In this document: positions 18,325 through 26,832 of the stretch, piece by piece
Layout of the letters: every line of letters begins with the position of its first letter
How positions within the stretch are numbered: the first letter of the stretch is position 1
IMG/VR virus record: IMGVR_UViG_3300026549_000039
Coordinates: 64,001 to 128,000 of that record
DNA length: 64,000 bases
Direction: 5' to 3' (one strand)
Source of the DNA: a virus
Taxonomy: Duplodnaviria; Caudoviricetes
Program-made: the position numbers and the translations under genes
Notes under the pieces: model-generated
The model's input: the letters and a program-made list of their open reading frames with translations, nothing else
The model's database searches: none
Told to the model about the DNA's origin: nothing

Positions 18325-18510
18325 ATTAAACCAGCAACCAATACTTTCACGCATGGGTAGCATTGCGTAGTTTCGTATACCCGCTACCCGTAAAAATTTT
18401 TCCTGATCGGCGAAGCCGTTTTCTTTTAAAAAGACTTTTATAATATACTTTACTTTATAAAATGAAAAATCCGCGTAAAACGTTCAGCCGCAACCACTTA
18501 CGCGTTTACG

Positions 18511-18640
18511 CCCCACATCAGATAGACCAGATCCCCACATCAGATAGACCAGGCTCCCCACATCAGATAGACCAGGCCCCACATCAGATAGACCAGATCC
18601 CCACATCAGATAGACCAGTCCCCCACATCAGATAGACCAG
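18511..18640 (+). repeat. Iteron-like array: six identical 20-bp direct repeats, putative replication origin
   Basis: CCCCACATCAGATAGACCAG at 18511, 18533, 18556, 18577, 18599, 18621 (21-23-bp period); AT-rich tract at ~18420-18470 adjacent. Confidence 0.85.
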
Positions 18641-18681
18641 GCTGACTTTAGATTGGAGTACGTATTTATACCTAGACGATC

Positions 18682-19602
18682 TTACTTTTGCTGTTCAACT
18701 TCTAGCTGTTTAGAAGTAACCGCCAGGTGTACACCATTGCTGGTCACATCGAGTAGCGTATATGCACCACACCCTTCAATAGCTGGTCTAAGGGTATAGT
18801 CTACCCAGCTCACCATACCTCTCCTCCACCCACGGTTATCATGGGTAGCTGTTTCAAAGGGAGGCAGCGTTGTGAATCTATACAGCAGATTGAATGGCAT
18901 TATGTATTCATTCTGTCTCTGCTCATAGTTCATTTTCCTGTCTAATAACAGGAACCTGTTTACGGAGAAGGCATGAATGCTGCGTTTCCTACCAAACTGG
19001 TACATCTCCCTATGTACTACTAGAGGAGACGGTGTTTGTGCTTCCTGCAATCGGGCTACTATGTCATAAGTAAGGGTTACTTTATAAGCATAACCATCAC
19101 ACGTAGCAGCAGACACCACACTAATAGGCTGCTCAATCGCGTGCAGGGTATTGTAAGCCGCATCAAGCCTGGTTTTGTACTTTCTTCTGGATCGTGTAAC
19201 AGCATCACTAGATGGGCCTGATCCTTTCGGATAGACCATCTCAGCAATACCGTTCAAGTTTAGATCCACAGTAGGGATCCAGTTTTGGTTTGGAGAGTTT
19301 ACTGAATTGAGTTTGATGATTGCTGACATAAGAAAATCAGCAATCATAGCAACATCCTCCTTACACCCTGCTGTTAAGAGAGCGTGAAGAATGTCGTTTC
19401 CAGCTTTGTTTTGGTACACTTCTATCCTGTTGTTCATCGAGTCCACCACCAGATAACAGCACAATATTTTGTCCTGCTTTTCAGAAGGATAAAACTTCTG
19501 TTCTATGTTATGAACCCGTTGATATCTATGGAGTTTTGGTTTATAATAAGCTCCGTACTCGGGTCCAGCTCCTGAGTGCGTCGCCTTCCTCAGCTGACCC
19601 AC
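18682..19602 (-). CDS. Putative replication initiator (Rep-like) protein
   Basis: 306-aa basic ORF ending 41 bp from the iterons; possible winged-helix segment LNLNGIAEMVY...SRRKYKTRLDAAY; function inferred mainly from position. Confidence 0.45.
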   Translation of the reverse strand: MGQLRKATHSGAGPEYGAYYKPKLHRYQRVHNIEQKFYPSEKQDKILCCYLVVDSMNNRIEVYQNKAGNDILHALLTAGCKEDVAMIADFLMSAIIKLNSVNSPNQNWIPTVDLNLNGIAEMVYPKGSGPSSDAVTRSRRKYKTRLDAAYNTLHAIEQPISVVSAATCDGYAYKVTLTYDIVARLQEAQTPSPLVVHREMYQFGRKRSIHAFSVNRFLLLDRKMNYEQRQNEYIMPFNLLYRFTTLPPFETATHDNRGWRRGMVSWVDYTLRPAIEGCGAYTLLDVTSNGVHLAVTSKQLEVEQQK

Positions 19603-19730
19603 TGAGGTGGCAACTATAGGCCCGATTTGAGCAATCCCTTTTGGGCCTATTTCTTACTATTGCATTATAGCATACCAGCTCTTCTGCTGTGTGGGCTGAC
19701 CCTCGCGTAGTAGACTAGCGGTATTGATGA

Positions 19731-19756
19731 GCCGGGCTTTCACCCCGGCCTTTTTT
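19731..19756 (+). terminator. Intrinsic terminator on + strand, antisense to both flanking genes
   Basis: GCCGGG-CTTTCAC-CCCGGC-C-TTTTTT. Confidence 0.55.
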
Positions 19757-19967
19757 ATACCTTCAAGCATTCATGGTCCCTAAACCACATACATGACCAT
19801 ACACCGTCAAAGACCTGTTTACCTTTTCTGTAATGTACACACCTGTTTTGTGCAAAGTAACCTAAAGGGCAGGTAGGCAGGTCTAAATCCAACCCTAACC
19901 TATAGTCATTGGCTTTTTTAGGCTTTACTGTACCACCTATGTCACGATTCTGCCTTAATAAGTTCAA
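19755..19967 (-). CDS. Small Cys-rich protein
   Basis: 70 aa with four Cys; coupled to the primase. Confidence 0.45.
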   Translation of the reverse strand: MNLLRQNRDIGGTVKPKKANDYRLGLDLDLPTCPLGYFAQNRCVHYRKGKQVFDGVWSCMWFRDHECLKV

Positions 19968-20950
19968 ATATCAGCACCTACCTGTTCCATTACCTGTCTA
20001 AGCGTAGATATCTTGTGGCATGATGTAGAGGTGCAGAAGAACATACCAAAGTAGTCCGAGTTTGGGTTAATATCCAGGTATGCTGATGGATGCCTGTCAT
20101 CATGAAACGGGCAGCAGCATATCACTTTACCACCTGCTCTACCGTAAGCCTTATAACCAGCACCATTTAGAACACCAACTACATCCACATGTTCAATGAT
20201 ACTCATGGCATCCTCTTTTACCTTCATACGCCTGGAAGTGAACTCGGCATCCATAGGCTTGAACTTCTGGTACATGTTCTGCCTAAGTTTCTGTAGCTCC
20301 TTACTCTCACACCTACCCAGGGCTGACTTCATATCATCTACCTTATAATAGTATGTCCTATTAGGAAACACTGGAAGAGACTTATTGATTGACTCAAACA
20401 CCATTGTGTCAACCATAACAGCTGGTTTCCTGGTATTCCTGGAATAGAAGTTCAAGCACTGCATGGGTAGTATACTCCTGGTATCAGCCTTTATACTAGC
20501 CTTCATCAGTGAAGCAGGATAGGCATAATCAAAGGCAGACATGGGCCTGTCCAGCACCCAGTACAGATGCCATCCGTTACCAGTTCGCACAGCAGAGGTA
20601 GGGGGTATCCAATCACAGAACTCATAGAGGGTAGCATCCTGTACCTGCCTCTTCTTACCTGCCCACTCCCCTCTATCATAATCAAAGTCCATAGCAACAC
20701 ACCATGCCTTCTCGACGCCTACAAGGCTCCTGTTAGGGGTATTGTACAGTCCCGCTGTACTCCTAACAACCTCTAGTATCTTCTTCAGGCCTGGATAACG
20801 TTTAGGCATCTCGGCCACAGAATAGAAGAAAGCAGGGTTGTTTGCACCAGTATCAGGACCAGCAAACATCTTGTCAGACTCTCCAGCAAAGTGCTGTGAT
20901 AAAAACTCCATAAACAGAATGTCTACTCCCTTGTCCACAACATCCATCAA
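19964..20950 (-). CDS. AEP-superfamily (RepB-type) primase with C-terminal CHC2 zinc finger
   Basis: AMDFD, RTGNGWHLYW motifs; CCCPFHDDRHPS...FCTSTSC. Confidence 0.75.
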   Translation of the reverse strand: MMDVVDKGVDILFMEFLSQHFAGESDKMFAGPDTGANNPAFFYSVAEMPKRYPGLKKILEVVRSTAGLYNTPNRSLVGVEKAWCVAMDFDYDRGEWAGKKRQVQDATLYEFCDWIPPTSAVRTGNGWHLYWVLDRPMSAFDYAYPASLMKASIKADTRSILPMQCLNFYSRNTRKPAVMVDTMVFESINKSLPVFPNRTYYYKVDDMKSALGRCESKELQKLRQNMYQKFKPMDAEFTSRRMKVKEDAMSIIEHVDVVGVLNGAGYKAYGRAGGKVICCCPFHDDRHPSAYLDINPNSDYFGMFFCTSTSCHKISTLRQVMEQVGADI

Positions 20951-20965
20951 GATGCCTCTCCTCTC

Positions 20966-21025
20966 TTGACAAGTGTAAGTATTTTGCTTACAATATCATT
21001 ATACACCGCAAGGTGAATTTAGCAA
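20966..21025. promoter_or_regulatory. Overlapping divergent sigma70-type promoters with palindromic operator (20975-20991)
   Basis: + strand TTGACA-17-TACAAT (20966-20994); - strand TTGCTA-16-TATAAT (21025-20998); GTAAGTATTTTGCTTAC. Confidence 0.75.
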
Positions 21026-21032
21026 GAAGGAG

Positions 21033-22079
21033 TTGGGTATTAAAATGATCGATGGAACTGCTTTTGGGTCTGACAAACCTGTTTCCTATAGGTCTAAGGT
21101 AGCAGAAAAGCTATTGAGGCAGGCTAGTCAATTTGTATCAGACCACCCGCATATGCTTAGTGATATTGACAACACGCTTAACAAGGCCATCTCTTGCGCT
21201 ATGGACTCTGTTGGTGTGTACCCTCCTGATATTTTAGGTGGTGATGGTAAGTACAAGATGCGTCTACCTACTATCAGTAATGGAAAGCTCTATATGGTCA
21301 CCATTACTATAAGAGGCAAGATCCCAGAAAGCATGGACGAGACTGATGTAGTTGAGTCAAATGTGGTATCCGTGGATCGTGTTCCTCTGGCTCAGTGGGC
21401 AAGCACAAATCTCAATGACGATCATAGGCAAGCTACCTATGAAGCCATCGAGCATGAGGTGATTGATTCAGCTATAAGTACCATACGGAAGCTAAGCACA
21501 GTAACGTGTGGCGATATGGCTACAGCTAAAAGAGCAGAAGAAACTCTAGCGGGTATGCTAGAGAACTACACTGCTGCTGCGAGCAACCTAAGCATGAGTG
21601 AGCGCCAGCTTATTGCCTATCTTCCTGATCGTGACTATGACGCAGAAAAGGCTAGGGTCGTTGTATCATTTCAGTATTTTGATGGGAAAACCAGGGTATA
21701 CCGTGTGCAAGCTGAGACGTGGGATGATGCTGATTCGACTTGGAGACCGCATATAGGTGATGATGATGACCTCTGCTCAGATGAGACAGTGCGCACTATG
21801 ATTGCAGCTGGTGAGCAAGGCCAGAACAGTATGGTCGATCATCCACAGCATTATGGTGGTGCTGATAATCCTTATGAGGCCATTAAGGTTATTGAAGCCT
21901 GGATGGATCCTAGCGCAAGCTATGGATTTTGTATAGGAAATGCTCTAAAGTATATATGTAGGGCTGGTAAGAAGAGTGGGTCAAGCACAAGGCAGGACCT
22001 TGAGAAAGCAATATGGTATTTGAACAGGGCATGTGAGGAGGCGAAGACCAATGAAGAAGAAACAGCAGACAAGAAGTGA
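21033..22079 (+). CDS. Protein with C-terminal DUF3310 (SaV-like) domain
   Basis: VDHPQHYGG..NPYEAIKVIE...GFCIGNALKYICRAGKK...DLEKAIWYL. Confidence 0.75.
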   Translation: MGIKMIDGTAFGSDKPVSYRSKVAEKLLRQASQFVSDHPHMLSDIDNTLNKAISCAMDSVGVYPPDILGGDGKYKMRLPTISNGKLYMVTITIRGKIPESMDETDVVESNVVSVDRVPLAQWASTNLNDDHRQATYEAIEHEVIDSAISTIRKLSTVTCGDMATAKRAEETLAGMLENYTAAASNLSMSERQLIAYLPDRDYDAEKARVVVSFQYFDGKTRVYRVQAETWDDADSTWRPHIGDDDDLCSDETVRTMIAAGEQGQNSMVDHPQHYGGADNPYEAIKVIEAWMDPSASYGFCIGNALKYICRAGKKSGSSTRQDLEKAIWYLNRACEEAKTNEEETADKK

Positions 22080-22431
22080 GGCTGAAGCACGGCAGGTCAT
22101 TAGCGACCTGAGTGGTTTTGTGGATGAGTACAGGAAGAAGCCAGCTAGGCTGAAGACGTACAATCCTTGGGTTTTGGACAAGCGTTTCGATAAGATGAAC
22201 CGCGAGTACTGGGATATTGAAGACACCAATGGTGGTATGTGCGTTATAGTAGCTCAATCTATGCGCGATGAATTTGAAGCAAGAATGGTTGCCAAGACAC
22301 CTGCTATGTTTAACATTATAGCTGGTATACTTGATGATACAGATGCCTCTGACTGGATGGACAAGAACAAGCCCGAATTGCTTGCGCAGATTATTGAAAC
22401 GCTTAAATCAATATTTAGCAGAAGGGATTGA
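22033..22431 (+). CDS. Hypothetical phage protein
   Basis: TYNPW...ARMVAKTPAM, resembling the 10797 ORF family. Confidence 0.5.
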   Translation: MRRRRPMKKKQQTRSEAEARQVISDLSGFVDEYRKKPARLKTYNPWVLDKRFDKMNREYWDIEDTNGGMCVIVAQSMRDEFEARMVAKTPAMFNIIAGILDDTDASDWMDKNKPELLAQIIETLKSIFSRRD

Positions 22432-22862
22432 GTATCATGCAGACGAAATTTCCACAGTGGACCAAGGTACTTGTAGTTCTTGCTGTTTTATGGGTAGCAT
22501 ACCGAATCTTAATGATTTGGTTCCCAGACCCACTCCAGAGTTTCATGGCCCTGTTTGGTATAGGTGCTGGTGCGTCTATGCTTGCTAGTAACCATAAGTC
22601 TCTGCGAAGCAAAGAAAAAGAGGATACGGCAGCAGATAGGGCTGAACTTGAAGCCAACAGGGAGACTATCAACAGCCATAAGGAAGAAATACGGCTCCTC
22701 AATCAGCAGATGCAGCAGATACCAATAACTGTAAATGAGGAACTGAAGGCAGAGTGGGATAACTTAGCTGATACCAAGAAGCAGATAGCTGAGCAGGAGA
22801 TGACTGAGGCTGAAGCCGTTAGCTTTCTTCGTCAGCGTCTAAACCAGCGTAAGCAGGGATGA
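22428..22862 (+). CDS. Membrane protein with coiled-coil tail (possible holin/spanin component)
   Basis: Two N-terminal hydrophobic segments then coiled coil. Confidence 0.5.
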   Translation: MSIMQTKFPQWTKVLVVLAVLWVAYRILMIWFPDPLQSFMALFGIGAGASMLASNHKSLRSKEKEDTAADRAELEANRETINSHKEEIRLLNQQMQQIPITVNEELKAEWDNLADTKKQIAEQEMTEAEAVSFLRQRLNQRKQG

Positions 22863-22866
22863 TGCC

Positions 22867-22932
22867 ATGTGGTCAGATATTATGTTTTTATTTTTGGCCG
22901 CTGTCTTAGCTTACACATTTGGTAGAAAGTAA
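22867..22932 (+). CDS. Possible 21-aa single-TM peptide
   Basis: MWSDIMFLFLAAVLAYTFGRK* fills the gap between two membrane genes. Confidence 0.35.
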   Translation: MWSDIMFLFLAAVLAYTFGRK

Positions 22933-22935
22933 GAG

Positions 22936-23358
22936 GTGTTTTCCATGTGGATCAAGAGGGTGCTAACAACTGCTGTTATAGCTCTGCTGCTTATCAACCA
23001 GGCATGTGCCCAACAGCTCACCAGTGAGGAAGTCAAGGAGCTGGCTAAGTACGTTCAGGAGCTAGAGGCTGAGAACGCAAGCCTAAAGAAGCAGGTCAAC
23101 ATCCTGTCTGGTGGCCTGGACAAGATGAGTGATACTGCTATCAAAGTGGATATGCAGACGCAGGCTCTAATTGCCAGGTACGAACACAGCATTGGGGTCA
23201 TGGAGAAGATGTCCCAGAGATACGAACAGTCTATAGTTCGTGCTGATACTGTTATTGACAGACTTGAGAGGAGAGTAAATAACTTGGAAGGTCAGAGGAC
23301 ATTGTGGCAGGTTCTTGGTATTGCTGGTATCGCTGTCGGAGTGGCAGCGAGTAGATAG
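22936..23358 (+). CDS. Exported coiled-coil protein with C-terminal TM (possible spanin)
   Basis: Signal-like N-terminus ending INQACA, long coiled coil, C-terminal WQVLGIAGIAVGVAA. Confidence 0.5.
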   Translation: MFSMWIKRVLTTAVIALLLINQACAQQLTSEEVKELAKYVQELEAENASLKKQVNILSGGLDKMSDTAIKVDMQTQALIARYEHSIGVMEKMSQRYEQSIVRADTVIDRLERRVNNLEGQRTLWQVLGIAGIAVGVAASR

Positions 23359-23367
23359 GTGACACGC

Positions 23368-23538
23368 ATGGCTGAACCAAACGTTTGCTGCGGGCTTGCT
23401 CCGAAGGGTATGTTTGATACCAAACTGAAGAAGTGGTTCTTTAGGTGTTCTGGTGCCTGTGGGCGTTCCACCACAGGCCACAGTTCAAAAAAGAAAGCTG
23501 TTGAGGCGTGGAATCGCGTAACTGTTGAAAGGTGGTAG
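23368..23538 (+). CDS. Lar-like (restriction alleviation) small zinc protein, 56 aa
   Basis: Read directly: MAEPNVCCG...FFRCSGACGRSTTGHSSKKKAVEAWNR; A.EAWNR ending is typical of Lar family. Confidence 0.55.
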   Translation: MAEPNVCCGLAPKGMFDTKLKKWFFRCSGACGRSTTGHSSKKKAVEAWNRVTVERW

Positions 23539-23543
23539 ATTAG

Positions 23544-23831
23544 ATGGGGGATCGTATGTACCGAGCAACGTTATCCATCAGGAAGACGGTAGACTTGTGG
23601 TCAACTATTGATGTTTTGGTTGATAGTGAGACTGAGATGGGTGCTGGAATCAAGTTGTCCGAGCTAATTGCAGAATTTGAGAATACTGCAACTTACGACG
23701 ACGCTACCGGCCTGGATGAGTTACTCTGTGATTCTGATTTTGATCGTAATGCAGATGAGAAATACGATGTTGTGACTACAGAGTACAAAATAGAAGTAGA
23801 GTCTATCGTTGAAGAGGACGAGCTGGAATGA
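23544..23831 (+). CDS. Small acidic hypothetical protein
   Basis: 95 aa, D/E-rich. Confidence 0.5.
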   Translation: MGDRMYRATLSIRKTVDLWSTIDVLVDSETEMGAGIKLSELIAEFENTATYDDATGLDELLCDSDFDRNADEKYDVVTTEYKIEVESIVEEDELE

Positions 23832-26032
23832 TCCGGTCAATATCAGTAGCTAATCTTGGTCCATTTAAGGGTGAGCAACACGTAGATCTCAAACCAGGAA
23901 TACTATCTGTTGAAGGTAGGTATGTTGACAAACCGGGTGAGTCAAACCGGTCTGGTAAGTCGGCATTCATAGACCTAATAAGGTTTGGGTACTTTGGGGT
24001 GCATCGCCATAGGTCTGTACAGAATTACATACATAGGGGTGCTGATACCAGAAACGACCCAATCTACCTGTCTATGGAAGTTGAAGACCCAAACGGCGAT
24101 GTGTACCACATAATACGTGAGTTTGATTACAACAAGCAGGGATTCACCACGAGAATACCAGAGATGGGTGACATTGTTACTCAGATGAAGCAGCCTGAGC
24201 TCCAGCGTTATATAGAGGATAAGCTGCTTGGGTGTTCCTACAATGATGCCATCAAAACATGGATGGTACTACAGGATGACGCTAGAGGACTGATGAACCT
24301 ATCGGTTGCTGATAGGAAGAGGTTTCTACTGGACTTATTCTCTCCGACTATGTTTCCTTGGGACAGCTACTTCTCAGAGGCATCAGCAAGGTACATATTA
24401 TGCAAAACTAGACAGTCTGAGATAATGTCCAGGATAAACAACCTACGCAATAGGCTGTACGAGATATCTGACATGGACTTCTCTTCTCTACTAGCTTCTA
24501 CGAAGGCTGAAATACTAGAGCTGCAACAGCGGAGAGACAAGGTTGTACAGCTTATTACAGACCTCGAAGCTACATCGTCTCCAAAGGCCCTAGATGATCT
24601 GGCTAGGAAGGTAGCACAGTACAATAAGAAGCTGAACGATATGCACGCTTCGTTGCTCTTGTCCAGGAAGACCCTAGACAAACTAGAGCATGATGTTGAG
24701 AGGTTGAACTCTAGGAACCAATCTCTTGCTGACCTACAGACTAAGAAGAAGAAACTAGAAGACAAAGCAGAAAAACTTAATATTAAGGGGGTCGAGGATG
24801 AGTATGGTAGGGTCTATGACCAGCACAAAGAGCTAAGCACACAGCTTAGCCTTGATGTACAGAAGTTCAAGCAGATTGACAAGTTCAGGGGATTGTGCCC
24901 GATTACACACGAGGATTGCCCGTCTGGCAGCGATATTAAAAAGGCTAAAGCTGCATTAAAGAAAGCTATAGAGTCAGCTACCGAGCAGGTTGACGCTCTA
25001 CAAACTAAACTTGACAAGCTGGTAGCTGTTATGGATGCTAATGATACTATCCGTAGAGATATGGATGTCATACAGCATAACATAGCAGCTACTGAGGCTG
25101 CTATATCTGCTTTGGATGGCGTTGCTCAGATGTATGAGGAGCACAGAAACCAGAACAAAAAGGATGAGAAGGAGTATGTGCTGTTCAAAGCTGAAGCGGA
25201 TAAGCTATCTAATGAGCTGGAAGCTAGACGGTCAGACCATGATCTTACGCACCATCGTAGGATACGTGAGCTGAAGCAGGAACAGGACACCATTACAAAG
25301 AAGCTGGACGAACTTGATTCTCGTCTGACTACCCTTATAGCTGACCAGCAGCGTAAGGATATACTAGAGCAAGACTTAGCTGACAGCCAGAAGGAGTACA
25401 ACTCTTTAGAGCTTAGGGAAAGGGCTTTGAGAAGCCTGAAGCCTATGCTTAGTCAGGATGGTATACCATTCACAAACCTGCTATCGTCGATCATAGACTT
25501 TGAAGCTGAGATCAACAAGGCGCTGGTGGATCTAGGAGACGACCTACTAATTGACATCGAACCCTATACCATTACCAATTCGCGGGCTCCTATTTGTCAG
25601 GTATGTGGGTATGAGTTTGGTAAGAGCCAAGCAAGCAAGTGTCCTGTAACCACTTGCCAGGCTCCTAGAGAGTATAAGAAAAAAGAAACACTAGAAGTTC
25701 GCATGAAGGGGCGTGTTTTTGATGTAGATTTCGACGAAGATTCTGGTGGTGGGAAGCAGAAGGTAGCTATGGCTATCAGGTTGGCCCTATTTAATGTTCT
25801 CAGGGATAGAGGCCTGTTAGGAAATGTGGATATGTGGTGCTTAGATGAGATATTTGCACCGCTGTCTGATGTAGGAAAGTTCAACATGCTTAACTCGTTT
25901 GAAAGTGTCTGCAACCAGTACAATATCAGGCAGCTGTTCTTAGTAACGCATACTGACATAAGCTCCATCATTCCACCTGCTGTTATAATCCAACGGTCAG
26001 ATTCAGACCAGGAATCAAGAATAATATCATAG
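23828..26032 (+). CDS. sbcC: Rad50/SbcC/gp46-like SMC ATPase
   Basis: ESNRSGKS Walker A, Q-loop VLQDD, long coiled coil with CPIT hook-like centre, DSGGGK signature, LDE Walker B, VTH. Confidence 0.88.
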   Translation: MIRSISVANLGPFKGEQHVDLKPGILSVEGRYVDKPGESNRSGKSAFIDLIRFGYFGVHRHRSVQNYIHRGADTRNDPIYLSMEVEDPNGDVYHIIREFDYNKQGFTTRIPEMGDIVTQMKQPELQRYIEDKLLGCSYNDAIKTWMVLQDDARGLMNLSVADRKRFLLDLFSPTMFPWDSYFSEASARYILCKTRQSEIMSRINNLRNRLYEISDMDFSSLLASTKAEILELQQRRDKVVQLITDLEATSSPKALDDLARKVAQYNKKLNDMHASLLLSRKTLDKLEHDVERLNSRNQSLADLQTKKKKLEDKAEKLNIKGVEDEYGRVYDQHKELSTQLSLDVQKFKQIDKFRGLCPITHEDCPSGSDIKKAKAALKKAIESATEQVDALQTKLDKLVAVMDANDTIRRDMDVIQHNIAATEAAISALDGVAQMYEEHRNQNKKDEKEYVLFKAEADKLSNELEARRSDHDLTHHRRIRELKQEQDTITKKLDELDSRLTTLIADQQRKDILEQDLADSQKEYNSLELRERALRSLKPMLSQDGIPFTNLLSSIIDFEAEINKALVDLGDDLLIDIEPYTITNSRAPICQVCGYEFGKSQASKCPVTTCQAPREYKKKETLEVRMKGRVFDVDFDEDSGGGKQKVAMAIRLALFNVLRDRGLLGNVDMWCLDEIFAPLSDVGKFNMLNSFESVCNQYNIRQLFLVTHTDISSIIPPAVIIQRSDSDQESRIIS

Positions 26033-26044
26033 GGGGTTTTCGTT

Positions 26045-26500
26045 ATGGATGAAATGTTTTCTGTAATGCCTGACCAGACCAAGGCTATACTTATGAGGGA
26101 GGCTATTGCGCAGGCTGAGGCCACAGTTGATATGATGAAACAGGCTGCCGATTCCTTTAGGAGCAATGATCTGGATGATGTTCCAGAGCAGGCTCGTGAG
26201 CTGGCTAGTGAGTTCTTCACTAACTTTGAGGAGGCAGACCACAAGATACTTACATCACTGTACATACACGGTTTCTTCGCGGGTGTATCCCACCTGTTCC
26301 GCACAATGAGTGTGTTGGACGCAATGTCTGAGTTCCTGAATAGCGACTGCCAGCATATGGCTGACATAGAGTTTGTTGAGGATGACGATGACACGGATCG
26401 AGCGGGTCTGCCTAAGCAGAAGCCTGGCTTGTCCAGTATGGGAGACGATGAGATACACCAGCTGATAAATAACATGACTCTGTGGAGGGGGCTGAAGTAG
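26045..26500 (+). CDS. Hypothetical acidic protein
   Basis: 151-aa ORF in operon. Confidence 0.55.
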   Translation: MDEMFSVMPDQTKAILMREAIAQAEATVDMMKQAADSFRSNDLDDVPEQARELASEFFTNFEEADHKILTSLYIHGFFAGVSHLFRTMSVLDAMSEFLNSDCQHMADIEFVEDDDDTDRAGLPKQKPGLSSMGDDEIHQLINNMTLWRGLK

Positions 26501-26758
26501 TTGAAAACAAACAGCTACACAGTAACGCTAGGTGTAAAGACTCCAAGCACGCAGGTCCAGTACAGAATGTTGAACGCAGAAGTATCAGTTTCAGGAGAGG
26601 ACCCTGATGCTGTACTGATGGAAGCATCCAAGCATCTTGTGTGTGCTATAGCTAAAGTAGCCAACGTGCTTGGCGAAGCCCCGCCTGACGAGATCCGTGA
26701 CGACCTTGAGCAGATAATTGGTAGTGAATCGGCAGCTGTTATGTACGGTGAGGACTAG
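26501..26758 (+). CDS. Hypothetical protein
   Basis: 85-aa ORF in operon. Confidence 0.5.
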   Translation: MKTNSYTVTLGVKTPSTQVQYRMLNAEVSVSGEDPDAVLMEASKHLVCAIAKVANVLGEAPPDEIRDDLEQIIGSESAAVMYGED

Positions 26759-26802
26759 CTTCTAACACGTGTCTTTTAATTTGAATTAACTCGGAATACG
26801 AA

Positions 26803-26832
26803 TAAGAGGGGGCGGTTTAACGCCCCCTCTTA
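26803..26832. terminator. Terminator hairpin between convergent genes
   Basis: TAAGAGGGGGCG-GTTTAA-CGCCCCCTCTTA. Confidence 0.7.

Noticed and set aside
18511-18640. Mini CRISPR array
   Set aside because: Repeats are separated by only 1-3 nt, so there are no spacers; no cas genes; period fits iterons
19700-19756. Hammerhead ribozyme (TGATGAG followed by a stem)
   Set aside because: Core reads TTGATGA rather than CTGATGA, and the GAAA after stem II is missing
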